Positions 37,778 to 44,777 of a DNA stretch of 54,681 bases are shown here, in pieces (position 1 is the stretch's first letter; each line of letters starts with the position of its first letter). The notes beneath the pieces were generated by a model. It did not search any database, was not told where the DNA came from, and worked only from the letters and a program-made list of their open reading frames with translations. This DNA comes from a virus (lineage: Duplodnaviria > Caudoviricetes). A program made the position numbers and the translations under genes. The stretch is from positions 1 through 54,681 of IMG/VR virus record IMGVR_UViG_3300028571_000037, one strand, 5' to 3'.

Positions 37778-37878
37778 AGTCGGGTGGCTGAAATGACAAA
37801 GGCACATTCACTTCGGATGGTGAACACAAGACCTGAAAAGGTTGTTCTCAATTGTAGGTGGGATTCCTACCCCGACTA
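37778..37878 (+). ncRNA. tRNA-like RNA with non-canonical anticodon region and T-loop
   Basis: AGTCGGG/CCCGACT-A acceptor, TGGCTGAA D-arm start, GTAGG-TGGGATT-CCTAC T-arm, long GAAA-capped extra arm. Confidence 0.65.
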
Positions 37879-37885
37879 TCGTATG

Positions 37886-38069
37886 GGTTGGTAGTAATAT
37901 GCGTAGGTCGACGATATGGGAGAGCATATCGCAAGGGTACACACTAAGGATAAGTCGTTTATTTCGGGACTCACGTCCGATTGTATGAAAAGACTCGTCT
38001 CTCTAATGGTGTGTGAAGCCGAATCAGTGAGTAAGGTCAGATTCCTGATAAAGTCGATCACTATCAACC
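37886..38069 (+). ncRNA. Unassigned multi-stem structured RNA (~184 nt)
   Basis: Closing helices GGTTGGTAGT/ACTATCAACC and GGTCGAC/GTCGATC, several internal stems, T run after; GC-richer than flanks. Confidence 0.6.
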
Positions 38070-38170
38070 TTTTTTATTTGTATAATATTTGTTGAACATC
38101 TGTTAAAAAATGTTATCTTTGGATCAAGATTTGTTATTACTGAATGTGCAACTAAAAAACTAATTGAAAG

Positions 38171-38395
38171 ATGAAAGCTATATTAGAATATGATTTACCC
38201 GACGACGAACATGAATATAGGATGGCCATACAAGGTGCTAGCGTTCATTCGGTTCTATGGAAAATGGATCAATACTTACGATCCAAAGTAAAACATTCGC
38301 CAGATTCTACATCTGACGACACTTACAAAGCTTATGTTGAATGTAGAGAAACACTTCATGGGTTTATATCAGACCACAACGTTTCATTTGACTAA
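38171..38395 (+). CDS. Small phage protein
   Basis: MKAILEYDLPDD...DQYLRS; TATCTTTG at 38114. Confidence 0.8.
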   Translation: MKAILEYDLPDDEHEYRMAIQGASVHSVLWKMDQYLRSKVKHSPDSTSDDTYKAYVECRETLHGFISDHNVSFD

Positions 38396-38489
38396 TACAA
38401 TATATGATTTATAATTCACATATAATAAGGGTATGTCTTCTTTGTGTTTATGATTCTTATTTTGATAAAAATTTTTAAAATCTTGTATT

Positions 38490-38669
38490 ATGAGTTATGT
38501 GATATTTAAAGAAGGTAACTTGGATGGGAAAAAAATAACTGTCCTTGTAAATGATAGTGAGGGTATTGCTATTGAATTTGAAACGTTCGAGTCGGCACAA
38601 AACACCGCAGAATTGTTCGAGAATAATTCCCTCTCAGGAAATAAATATTTTGTAAAAGAGATACGTTGA
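38490..38669 (+). CDS. Small hypothetical protein (59 aa), not in the ORF track
   Basis: MSYVIFKEGNLDGKKITVLVNDSEG... Confidence 0.6.
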   Translation: MSYVIFKEGNLDGKKITVLVNDSEGIAIEFETFESAQNTAELFENNSLSGNKYFVKEIR

Positions 38670-38854
38670 TGAACTTGGATCTATCGAATCAGAAGTATAA
38701 CAAATTTCAAGGTACATCACCTGAAGGATTTGTTTTGGTTCCATATGAAATGATTCAAGAGTTAAAAAACTTTGATACATGGGTGGAGTTCAAAAACTCA
38801 GATATGGATTGGATCGAAAAAAAATCAGCAGAAATTTATTCAAAGACTAATTGA
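38669..38854 (+). CDS. Hypothetical protein
   Basis: TGATG coupling to the upstream ORF. Confidence 0.6.
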   Translation: MNLDLSNQKYNKFQGTSPEGFVLVPYEMIQELKNFDTWVEFKNSDMDWIEKKSAEIYSKTN

Positions 38855-38855
38855 G

Positions 38856-39011
38856 ATGGTAGACAAATTTGTATGTATCATTTGTAGTGTACCAGCAACC
38901 ACCAAAATTTCGGTTAATATGGGAAGTGACTTTTTGTTGTCCTGTTCTGACGAAAGTTGTAAACGGGTTATTAGATCACAGATACAGGGAGCATTGAAAA
39001 ATCAAAATTAA
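38856..39011 (+). CDS. Small Cys-rich protein
   Basis: MVDKFVCIIC...CSDESC. Confidence 0.5.
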   Translation: MVDKFVCIICSVPATTKISVNMGSDFLLSCSDESCKRVIRSQIQGALKNQN

Positions 39012-39034
39012 AATTATAATATTTGTAAAAAATT

Positions 39035-39106
39035 GCCGATATAGCTCAGTGGTAGAGCCACTGATTTGTAATCAGTAGGTCCTTGGTTCAAATCCGAGTA
39101 TCGGCT
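39035..39106 (+). tRNA. tRNA-Thr(TGT)
   Basis: GCCGATA/TATCGGC-T, ACTGA-TTTGTAA-TCAGT. Confidence 0.95.
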
Positions 39107-39127
39107 CAAAATATAAACTAATTCTAA

Positions 39128-39256
39128 ATGAGTAAATTTGATTGGAGACACGCAGACCTCGAAGGTGATGGAAAACCTAAAGGACGTGATGTTAAAAAAG
39201 AAATAAAACTTCCTAAGTTGACCAATAAAAAAAATAAAGGTAAAAATAAAGAATAA
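39128..39256 (+). CDS. Small basic protein (42 aa)
   Basis: MSKFDWRHADLEGDGKPKG..., Lys-rich tail. Confidence 0.5.
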   Translation: MSKFDWRHADLEGDGKPKGRDVKKEIKLPKLTNKKNKGKNKE

Positions 39257-39424
39257 TGGAATCCTACCAAACTGACTGTAAATTGGATGAACTTAAAACT
39301 AACCTGTTATTAAACGATCCACTCGATTCTTTGAAGAAAGAAATACAAAAAAAAACCGATGAACCGTTTATTTGTCCTTGGGATAATAATTTGGGAGATA
39401 TAACATATTTTCGATAATATCAAC

Positions 39425-39497
39425 GGACGAATAGCTCAGGGGTAAGAGCAGGATGCTTATATCATCAAGGCCGAGGGTTCGATTCCCTCTTCGTCTA
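39425..39497 (+). tRNA. tRNA-Ile(TAT)
   Basis: GGACGAA/TTCGTCT-A, GATG-CTTATAT-CATC, GAGGG-TTCGATT-CCCTC. Confidence 0.88.
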
Positions 39498-39561
39498 CTA
39501 ACCCATATAAAAGTTTGATAATATTTTTTTTTCTTATATTTAAACTAATTATTATAAAGTT

Positions 39562-39651
39562 ATGAAAACAATTATTCAGAATATTATTGATCCACAACAC
39601 GGAGTCATTTGTCAAAAATGGTTTCTGGGTGGTGTATGTTCGGGAGTTTGA
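39562..39651 (+). CDS. Candidate attenuator leader peptide (29 aa)
   Basis: MKTIIQNIIDPQHGVICQKWFLGGVCSGV; its last codons contain the antiterminator strand. Confidence 0.7.
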   Translation: MKTIIQNIIDPQHGVICQKWFLGGVCSGV

Positions 39652-39713
39652 AATAAACTAAATAAGCCTTTATAAAGGAAAACCCCGAACTCATATGAGA
39701 CTCGGGGTTTTTT
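39638..39713 (+). terminator. Terminator with mutually exclusive antiterminator
   Basis: Terminator AAAACCCCGA/TCGGGGTTTT plus T run; GTTCGGGAGTTT (39638-39649) pairs with AAACCCCGAAC (39680-39690) with one bulge. Confidence 0.78.
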
Positions 39714-39723
39714 GTTTTTATAA

Positions 39724-39735
39724 GTTCTTTGAAAT
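39724..39735 (+). promoter_or_regulatory. boxA-like element GTTCTTTGAAAT
   Basis: Same motif after tRNA-Ser (1953) and just upstream of the tmRNA (44205-44216, minus). Confidence 0.55.
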
Positions 39736-39755
39736 GTTGGTTACCATATACAGTC

Positions 39756-39917
39756 TTACTTCTTAGAGAAGATAGACCAAAGAGTTCCCGATAAAGCAAC
39801 TACACCACCAATAAGTTCGTTTAGAAGGGATTCCTCAATAACACCTTGGATTACCAAGATACCACCTACGAAAGTAAGAACGTGTCTTACGATTCCTTGA
39901 ATTTGTTCTTTTGTCAT
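39756..39917 (-). CDS. Putative holin (53 aa, two TM), not in the ORF track
   Basis: MTKEQIQGIVRHVLTFVGGILV...WSIFSKK; RH-LT-GG and W-S-KK pattern of small phage holin-like proteins; minus-strand TATTTAT upstream. Confidence 0.7.
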   Translation of the reverse strand: MTKEQIQGIVRHVLTFVGGILVIQGVIEESLLNELIGGVVALSGTLWSIFSKK

Positions 39918-39976
39918 AATAGAAAATTTTAATTAGATTTATTCATTATAAATATCTAACTTTGTAGTCATAAGAC

Positions 39977-40050
39977 AGGCATTTAGCTCAGATGGTTAGA
40001 GCACCTCGCTGATACCGAGAGGGTCGGAGGTTCGAATCCTTCAGGGTGCA
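39977..40050 (+). tRNA. tRNA-Ile(GAT) with mismatched acceptor stem (chimeric)
   Basis: D, anticodon (CTCG-CTGATAC-CGAG) and T arms intact; AGGCATT versus AGGGTGC has three mismatches. Confidence 0.75.
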
Positions 40051-40055
40051 CACAT

Positions 40056-40130
40056 GTTGGCCGTAGCTCAGTAGGTTAGAGCGTCTGATTGTGGTTCAGA
40101 AGGTCGTGGGTTCGATTCCCATCGGTCACC
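40056..40130 (+). tRNA. tRNA-His(GTG)
   Basis: G-1:C73, TCTGA-TTGTGGT-TCAGA; T1:C72 mismatch. Confidence 0.92.
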
Positions 40131-40135
40131 CAAAT

Positions 40136-40209
40136 GGTCCTGTACCCAAGTGGTTTAAGGGGGTGCTCTGCAAAAGCATTATTCATCAGTTCGAATCTGA
40201 TCGGGACCT
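40136..40209 (+). tRNA. tRNA-Cys(GCA)
   Basis: GGTCCTG/CGGGACC-T, GTGCT-CTGCAAA-AGCAT. Confidence 0.95.
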
Positions 40210-40215
40210 CAAAAT

Positions 40216-40286
40216 TACCCTCTCGTCTAATGGCAGTACAAGCGGTTTTGGTCCGCTGAATTGGGGTTCGAGTCCCTGGGGGGTAA
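40216..40286 (+). tRNA. tRNA-Gln(TTG)
   Basis: TACCCTC/GGGGGTA-A, AGCGG-TTTTGGT-CCGCT. Confidence 0.93.
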
Positions 40287-40291
40287 CAATT

Positions 40292-40355
40292 GCGTCCATA
40301 GTGTAATGGTATCATCACGGTCTCCAAAACCGTTGTTCTAACTTGGAGTCCCACA
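40292..40355 (+). pseudogene. tRNA-Trp(CCA) with decayed or replaced 3-prime end
   Basis: GCGTCCA, D arm and ACGGT-CTCCAAA-ACCGT present; no paired T arm and no TGGACGC acceptor strand. Confidence 0.75.
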
Positions 40356-40491
40356 TTATACATTACCTACAAAAAATAACAGAGTTATATTTTATATATC
40401 GAACTAATTACACACTATTTTACATTTTATGGTCAAAAAAAAGTAATAACTCTATCTAATATAATATTTATTGAATTATACTTGTATTCGA

Positions 40492-41118
40492 ATGGAATTT
40501 ACAACAGTACTTACTACATTAATCACAGCTGTTTCATCGGTCTTTGTTGCTCTTATCACCGCAGGGTACTTTAGAAGATTACATGACCGAAACGTTGAAA
40601 ATAAATCAAAAAAACTTTTGATGGTTCAAATCCAAAAAGATGAACTGATACATTTTACACTCAGGGAGATACGTAGGAAATACAATTCGGATAGGGTTTA
40701 TATTTTACAATTTCACAACGGAGGTATTTTTTATACACAGTCTCCAATGCAGAGAGCATCTGTCACCTATGAAAGAAATTCAGATGGTTTGGAGAGAATA
40801 ACAGATAGATTTCAGAATATACTAATATCAAACTATAATTGGTTATTGAAAGAAACAATTGAAAACAGGTTTTTTTTCAATGACATAGATCAACAGATTG
40901 AAGATCTACCAACCAAAAGTTTACTAAAAGCATACGGTAACTACGCACACGCAACGGTTCCAATTTACGACAACTCACAACAACTTATCGCTACTCTATC
41001 CCTTAGTTGGGTATTTTCAGAAATTCCAACAGATTGGATAGAAGACGATAAATTTTCGATATATTTCAAAACATCATTGTTTACGGATGCAAACTCATTG
41101 AAAACCCTTCTAGTATGA
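40492..41118 (+). CDS. N-terminal TM plus GAF-like domain protein
   Basis: Hydrophobic N-helix; DRVYILQFHNGG...SVTYE...VPIYD...IATL pattern. Confidence 0.65.
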   Translation: MEFTTVLTTLITAVSSVFVALITAGYFRRLHDRNVENKSKKLLMVQIQKDELIHFTLREIRRKYNSDRVYILQFHNGGIFYTQSPMQRASVTYERNSDGLERITDRFQNILISNYNWLLKETIENRFFFNDIDQQIEDLPTKSLLKAYGNYAHATVPIYDNSQQLIATLSLSWVFSEIPTDWIEDDKFSIYFKTSLFTDANSLKTLLV

Positions 41119-41396
41119 TTGACTTTTGGGATATAGAGTTTGATTCAGAAAATGAATTTTTAAACAACGACTTTATCGATGGTATTATCAAATTAGGTTT
41201 TGTAAAAAAAACAAATTTTATTTATGTAAAAGAAGTTGTTAATTATTTTGGTGATGTCGTGTCCGATGGTCTTTTGATTGATTTGGAACAAAAGAAAATT
41301 TACTATCATCCCGAACCAAACTGTGTTGTGAATTATGAGTTACCCGATCCTGATATAACTAAGGTAGACTTTTTTATCCGAAACAATATTATTTGA
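41115..41396 (+). CDS. Hypothetical protein
   Basis: 93-aa ORF. Confidence 0.65.
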   Translation: MIDFWDIEFDSENEFLNNDFIDGIIKLGFVKKTNFIYVKEVVNYFGDVVSDGLLIDLEQKKIYYHPEPNCVVNYELPDPDITKVDFFIRNNII

Positions 41397-41409
41397 TATT
41401 TATAATACT

Positions 41410-42054
41410 ATGAACTTAGTATATCCACTACAGGGTAAATCCTACAAATCAACTTCCGACTTTGGAAAAAGATGGGGACGACAACATAAAGGGGTCGACC
41501 TACAAGCCGAATCGGGTACAAGGGTTGTAAGTGTCTTAGACGGGAAAGTTGAAAAATCGGGAGATTTCAACGACGGATATGGTGGACAGTTGTTGATAAG
41601 ACACGACACCCCCGAGGGAATTTTTTACTCGAGATATGCTCACCTTAGAAAAACGTATAAACGAACAGGTGAAACTGTAAAGGCTGGTGAAAAAATCGGA
41701 GAAAGTGGTGGTGGAGAAAATGATGCTAATAAAGGTAGATCAACTGGACCACACTTACATTTTGAGTTTTTAGGTGAAGGACTCAAAGCTCTCGACCCTG
41801 AACAATTTTTAAAGGGTGGTGCAGTAGTTGCCGCAGGTACAAAAGGATCAGAAGATTCTAAGGGTGATACCGACACATCAAGATCTGTAGATACACCAAA
41901 TGTTGTAGATAAAATTATGAGAGGTGTGGCAAGAGTTATGACACCGATCGGAGCAATAACTTCGATAAAAGGAGCTTCGACTCCAAAAAATGAATCTATA
42001 ACCAACAAACCTTTATTAGAGGAAATAGATAGAATAAAAGAATTACTAAAATAG
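41410..42054 (+). CDS. M23 family peptidase
   Basis: HKGVD, YAHL, STGPHLHFE; C-terminal LLEEIDRIKELL; TATTTAT at 41397. Confidence 0.93.
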   Translation: MNLVYPLQGKSYKSTSDFGKRWGRQHKGVDLQAESGTRVVSVLDGKVEKSGDFNDGYGGQLLIRHDTPEGIFYSRYAHLRKTYKRTGETVKAGEKIGESGGGENDANKGRSTGPHLHFEFLGEGLKALDPEQFLKGGAVVAAGTKGSEDSKGDTDTSRSVDTPNVVDKIMRGVARVMTPIGAITSIKGASTPKNESITNKPLLEEIDRIKELLK

Positions 42055-42065
42055 TATTTATCATT

Positions 42066-42365
42066 ATGGAAAACTTAAAAAAAATATTAAGAGAAAATCT
42101 TATCAAACATCTAAACGAAGCGGATAAGAAAAAAGACGATGTTATCGTACCACAGGGATGCTTCGGTGGACCAAAACACGGTGTGGGCGCCTTGGTATCA
42201 ATTGTTGAACTACTAATGAGTGAAAAAGATAGTGATGGTTTGAAGGCCGTAAACGATCTAAAACAGTTCTTAAAGGGAAGTAGTAAGGTAGACCCCAAAG
42301 TCGTCGTACAGATCCTTAGAAAACACAACAAACCACAATTTATACCATTCACTGGTTGTTTGTAA
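42066..42365 (+). CDS. Hypothetical protein with ILRE/LNE leader
   Basis: TATTTAT at 42055. Confidence 0.75.
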   Translation: MENLKKILRENLIKHLNEADKKKDDVIVPQGCFGGPKHGVGALVSIVELLMSEKDSDGLKAVNDLKQFLKGSSKVDPKVVVQILRKHNKPQFIPFTGCL

Positions 42366-42386
42366 AATACAAAACGATTTAAATAG

Positions 42387-42413
42387 AAAAAACCCCTTTT
42401 TCAAGGGGTTTTT
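42387..42413. terminator. Bidirectional terminator
   Basis: AAAAACCCCTT/AAGGGGTTTTT between convergent genes. Confidence 0.8.
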
Positions 42414-42428
42414 AGTTTGTAAAGAATT

Positions 42429-43154
42429 TTATAAATTTTGCCAAGATTTTCCTATGATAATGTTTCTGATACAACCTAAAGTAACATTGAATTTGTTTGC
42501 AAACTGTTGATAAGTATGACCTTGGTTTCGGTCAAAATTTTTTCTTATCCATATAACATCTTCTTTACCAAACTTTGCCGCTGGTGTTCTTCCTTTTCGT
42601 GACTCCTTTAATTTCAATAGATGTTCATCGGAAAAACCACCTTTATCTTGCCATACCTGTTGTAATTTTTTACCCGCCACATTCTTTTGTTCTTGAGTCC
42701 ATTTGTTACCAAAGTTCGGATTTTCTTCACCCATCATAATCCCCTTTAATCCATTGTTCCAAGGAACAAAATCCTTTTTAGCGTCTTTCATTTTCTGAAT
42801 GACTTCAGGATTTTGCATTGCTTTTTTTGTTCCTACAGAAACATTTTGTTTTCTTTCTTCAGTGACTATTACCCCTTGACTACCTTCACCACCATCAGTC
42901 AAATTTACCAATGAACCTAATCCCAAATCGCGGCGACCTAATTGTTTGATTTCAGATTTTTCCCATTCACAGGCCTGCTCCCATGTGATATTTTCTTTTA
43001 TAATTTCAATGCTATAACCCACCTTATTTACTATATGGTGCCAATGTGGGTTTCGGCTGTCTTCTGAATAAGGACGTTCACGATCACCAATTCCCACGTA
43101 AAATACCTCTTGAGTATCCATTCTATAGTGTTTGTATCCAACCTTGTTATTCAT
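42429..43154 (-). CDS. GIY-YIG-like homing endonuclease with NUMOD-type repeats and C-terminal HTH
   Basis: YKH...FYVGIG-R, E-I, LVNLTDGGEG, PWNNG, GEENPNFG. Confidence 0.8.
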   Translation of the reverse strand: MNNKVGYKHYRMDTQEVFYVGIGDRERPYSEDSRNPHWHHIVNKVGYSIEIIKENITWEQACEWEKSEIKQLGRRDLGLGSLVNLTDGGEGSQGVIVTEERKQNVSVGTKKAMQNPEVIQKMKDAKKDFVPWNNGLKGIMMGEENPNFGNKWTQEQKNVAGKKLQQVWQDKGGFSDEHLLKLKESRKGRTPAAKFGKEDVIWIRKNFDRNQGHTYQQFANKFNVTLGCIRNIIIGKSWQNL

Positions 43155-43221
43155 GTTACGAATTTACGAAAAAAAATCCATCTCCACCAAACTTTTTACA
43201 TCTCCACAGATATTTATTATT

Positions 43222-43758
43222 ATGGAAAGTACAGGAAGAAAACTAGGTATTTGTAAATGTGATAATTGTGGAATTGAATTTCGAAAACCACAAAGTGAAA
43301 TAAATAGAAACCAAAAACTAAGTAGAAAAAATTTTTGTTCAAGAACTTGTGTAGGAAAAAACAACACAAAAAACTTACCAAAAAATATTGATGGCTATAA
43401 AATTTCAACACACTCAGCAAATAAAAAAGATGAATATACCCCTTTTAGATATCATTATAGGAACATAAAAAAAAGGAATAAAGATGTTACAATTTTTTTA
43501 CAAGACCTGAGAAAAGTTTGGGAGCAACAAAAAGGTATTTGCCCTTTTTTGAACATTGAACTTACTCTCAGTGGTTATTCAAGAATTGAAAAAAATCCGA
43601 TTTATTCGGCTTCAGTAGATAGAATAGATTCCACCAAAGGGTATGTTATAGATAATATACAATGGATATCAAGATCAATAAATTTGATGAAGAACACAAT
43701 GACAAACGATCAAGTGAATGAAATATTAAGTTTGATAAAAAATAATAAAGGGACGTGA
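43222..43758 (+). CDS. HNH-like endonuclease with N-terminal zinc finger
   Basis: CDNCG...FCSRTC; SVDRIDSTKGYVIDNIQW...NLMK; TATTTAT at 43211. Confidence 0.8.
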   Translation: MESTGRKLGICKCDNCGIEFRKPQSEINRNQKLSRKNFCSRTCVGKNNTKNLPKNIDGYKISTHSANKKDEYTPFRYHYRNIKKRNKDVTIFLQDLRKVWEQQKGICPFLNIELTLSGYSRIEKNPIYSASVDRIDSTKGYVIDNIQWISRSINLMKNTMTNDQVNEILSLIKNNKGT

Positions 43759-43773
43759 GTCCCTTTATTATTT
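43741..43773. terminator. Bidirectional terminator between the endonuclease and the tmRNA
   Basis: AATAATAAAGGGAC-gtga-GTCCCTTTATTATT perfect 14-bp stem. Confidence 0.8.
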
Positions 43774-43788
43774 TGGAGATAAACTCCT

Positions 43789-44201
43789 TGGTGGAGGTGA
43801 GCGGAGTCGAACCGCTGTCTTGCTCAGTTTACCCATAAAGGACTACATGCTTAGGTCAGGGTTTGTCGTACCCTCCGAAATATTTGATTCCTTTTTTTTC
43901 CATCGTTATCAACAACTATGGGGTGTTCACTCAAAACCGGCAGAACACCAAACATTACCTCCATTCCTTTTAAGATAGAAACCACACCATAAGGACTTCT
44001 GTTTCAAGGTATATGTCCCCCTCGACCCATTGTTATTATAGCCTAAGCTACAGTAACTCCCTCGGTTTGGATTAGACCCAAAGCCTCAAGTGTTGCGAAA
44101 GTATCGCCTTTTGATTTTTGCTTCCATAGATTAAAGTGATAGGAAACATCTCACTGCATGCCCCGTATGACTAACTCTGCCAATCAATACCCGGCACCCC
44201 C
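43789..44201 (-). ncRNA. ssrA: tmRNA (413 nt)
   Basis: 5-prime GGGGGTG pairs with CACCTCC-ACCA (G3:U70); GAC-AGCGG-TTCGACT-CCGCT T arm; GCATG/CATGC helix; tag ORF 44108-44043. Confidence 0.95.
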
Positions 44202-44217
44202 ATAATTTCAAAGAACT

Positions 44218-44306
44218 GATGAAACAACTTTCGCCCCCTGTATAGACATTACGTCAGATGCTCAAGGTCAGCCTTGACTGTTAAGGGAGCCACCTGTTGT
44301 TTCACC
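44218..44306 (-). ncRNA. Unassigned structured RNA (89 nt) upstream of the tmRNA
   Basis: GGTGAAACAAC/GTTGTTTCATC, GCTCCCT/AGGGGGC, TCAAGG-ctga-CCTTGA; starts just after a TATATTTG promoter. Confidence 0.6.
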
Positions 44307-44365
44307 AACATTACAAATATAAATACAATTTTATTGATATGAAACTATTTATAATAAAAAAAACT

Positions 44366-44734
44366 ATGAAAAAGAATGTTATAAGGTTAACTGAGTCTGA
44401 TTTGGAAAAAATCGTCAGAAAGGTTATTGAAGAACAAAGTGCTGGTGTTGCATTTGGTGCAGAGGGTAATGGTCTGAAGGTAAAAAAAGAGGATAAAGGA
44501 GAAGAGATGTTTGCCAAGGCGGACATTATGAGTAAATATCTTGATTCGAGGGACAGAGAGGTCAAGGGTGATATCGAGTTTTCCGAAAAGAAGGAATTCG
44601 GTCCTGAGGACTACGATTCTTTTATGGAATATATCAACAACTGTGACACTAGATGGTGTCTTACCACTAAGAAATTTTATGACAAATATGCTGAAAGGGG
44701 TAATATCACAGTTGGTAAAGGAAGAAGAAAATAA
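44366..44734 (+). CDS. Hypothetical protein with IRLTESDL leader
   Basis: MKKNVIRLTESDLEKIVRKVIEEQ; TATTTAT at 44346. Confidence 0.8.
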   Translation: MKKNVIRLTESDLEKIVRKVIEEQSAGVAFGAEGNGLKVKKEDKGEEMFAKADIMSKYLDSRDREVKGDIEFSEKKEFGPEDYDSFMEYINNCDTRWCLTTKKFYDKYAERGNITVGKGRRK

Positions 44735-44777
44735 AAACGTTTTATTTTTATCAAACTATTTTTGATAAAATCTCTGA

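Noticed and set aside
37778-37878. tRNA-Sec or intron-containing tRNA
   Set aside because: Acceptor stem is 7 bp, no TCA in a 7-nt loop, and the insert is too short for a self-splicing intron
37187-38067. Minus-strand ORFs 37187-37423, 37336-37578 and 37876-38067
   Set aside because: Antisense shadows of tRNAs and structured RNAs
39605-39799. 64-aa minus-strand ORF
   Set aside because: Crosses the terminator and overlaps better-supported leader and holin-like ORFs
40076-40363. ORFs 40076-40363 and 40091-40306
   Set aside because: They overlap the His, Cys, Gln and Trp tRNAs
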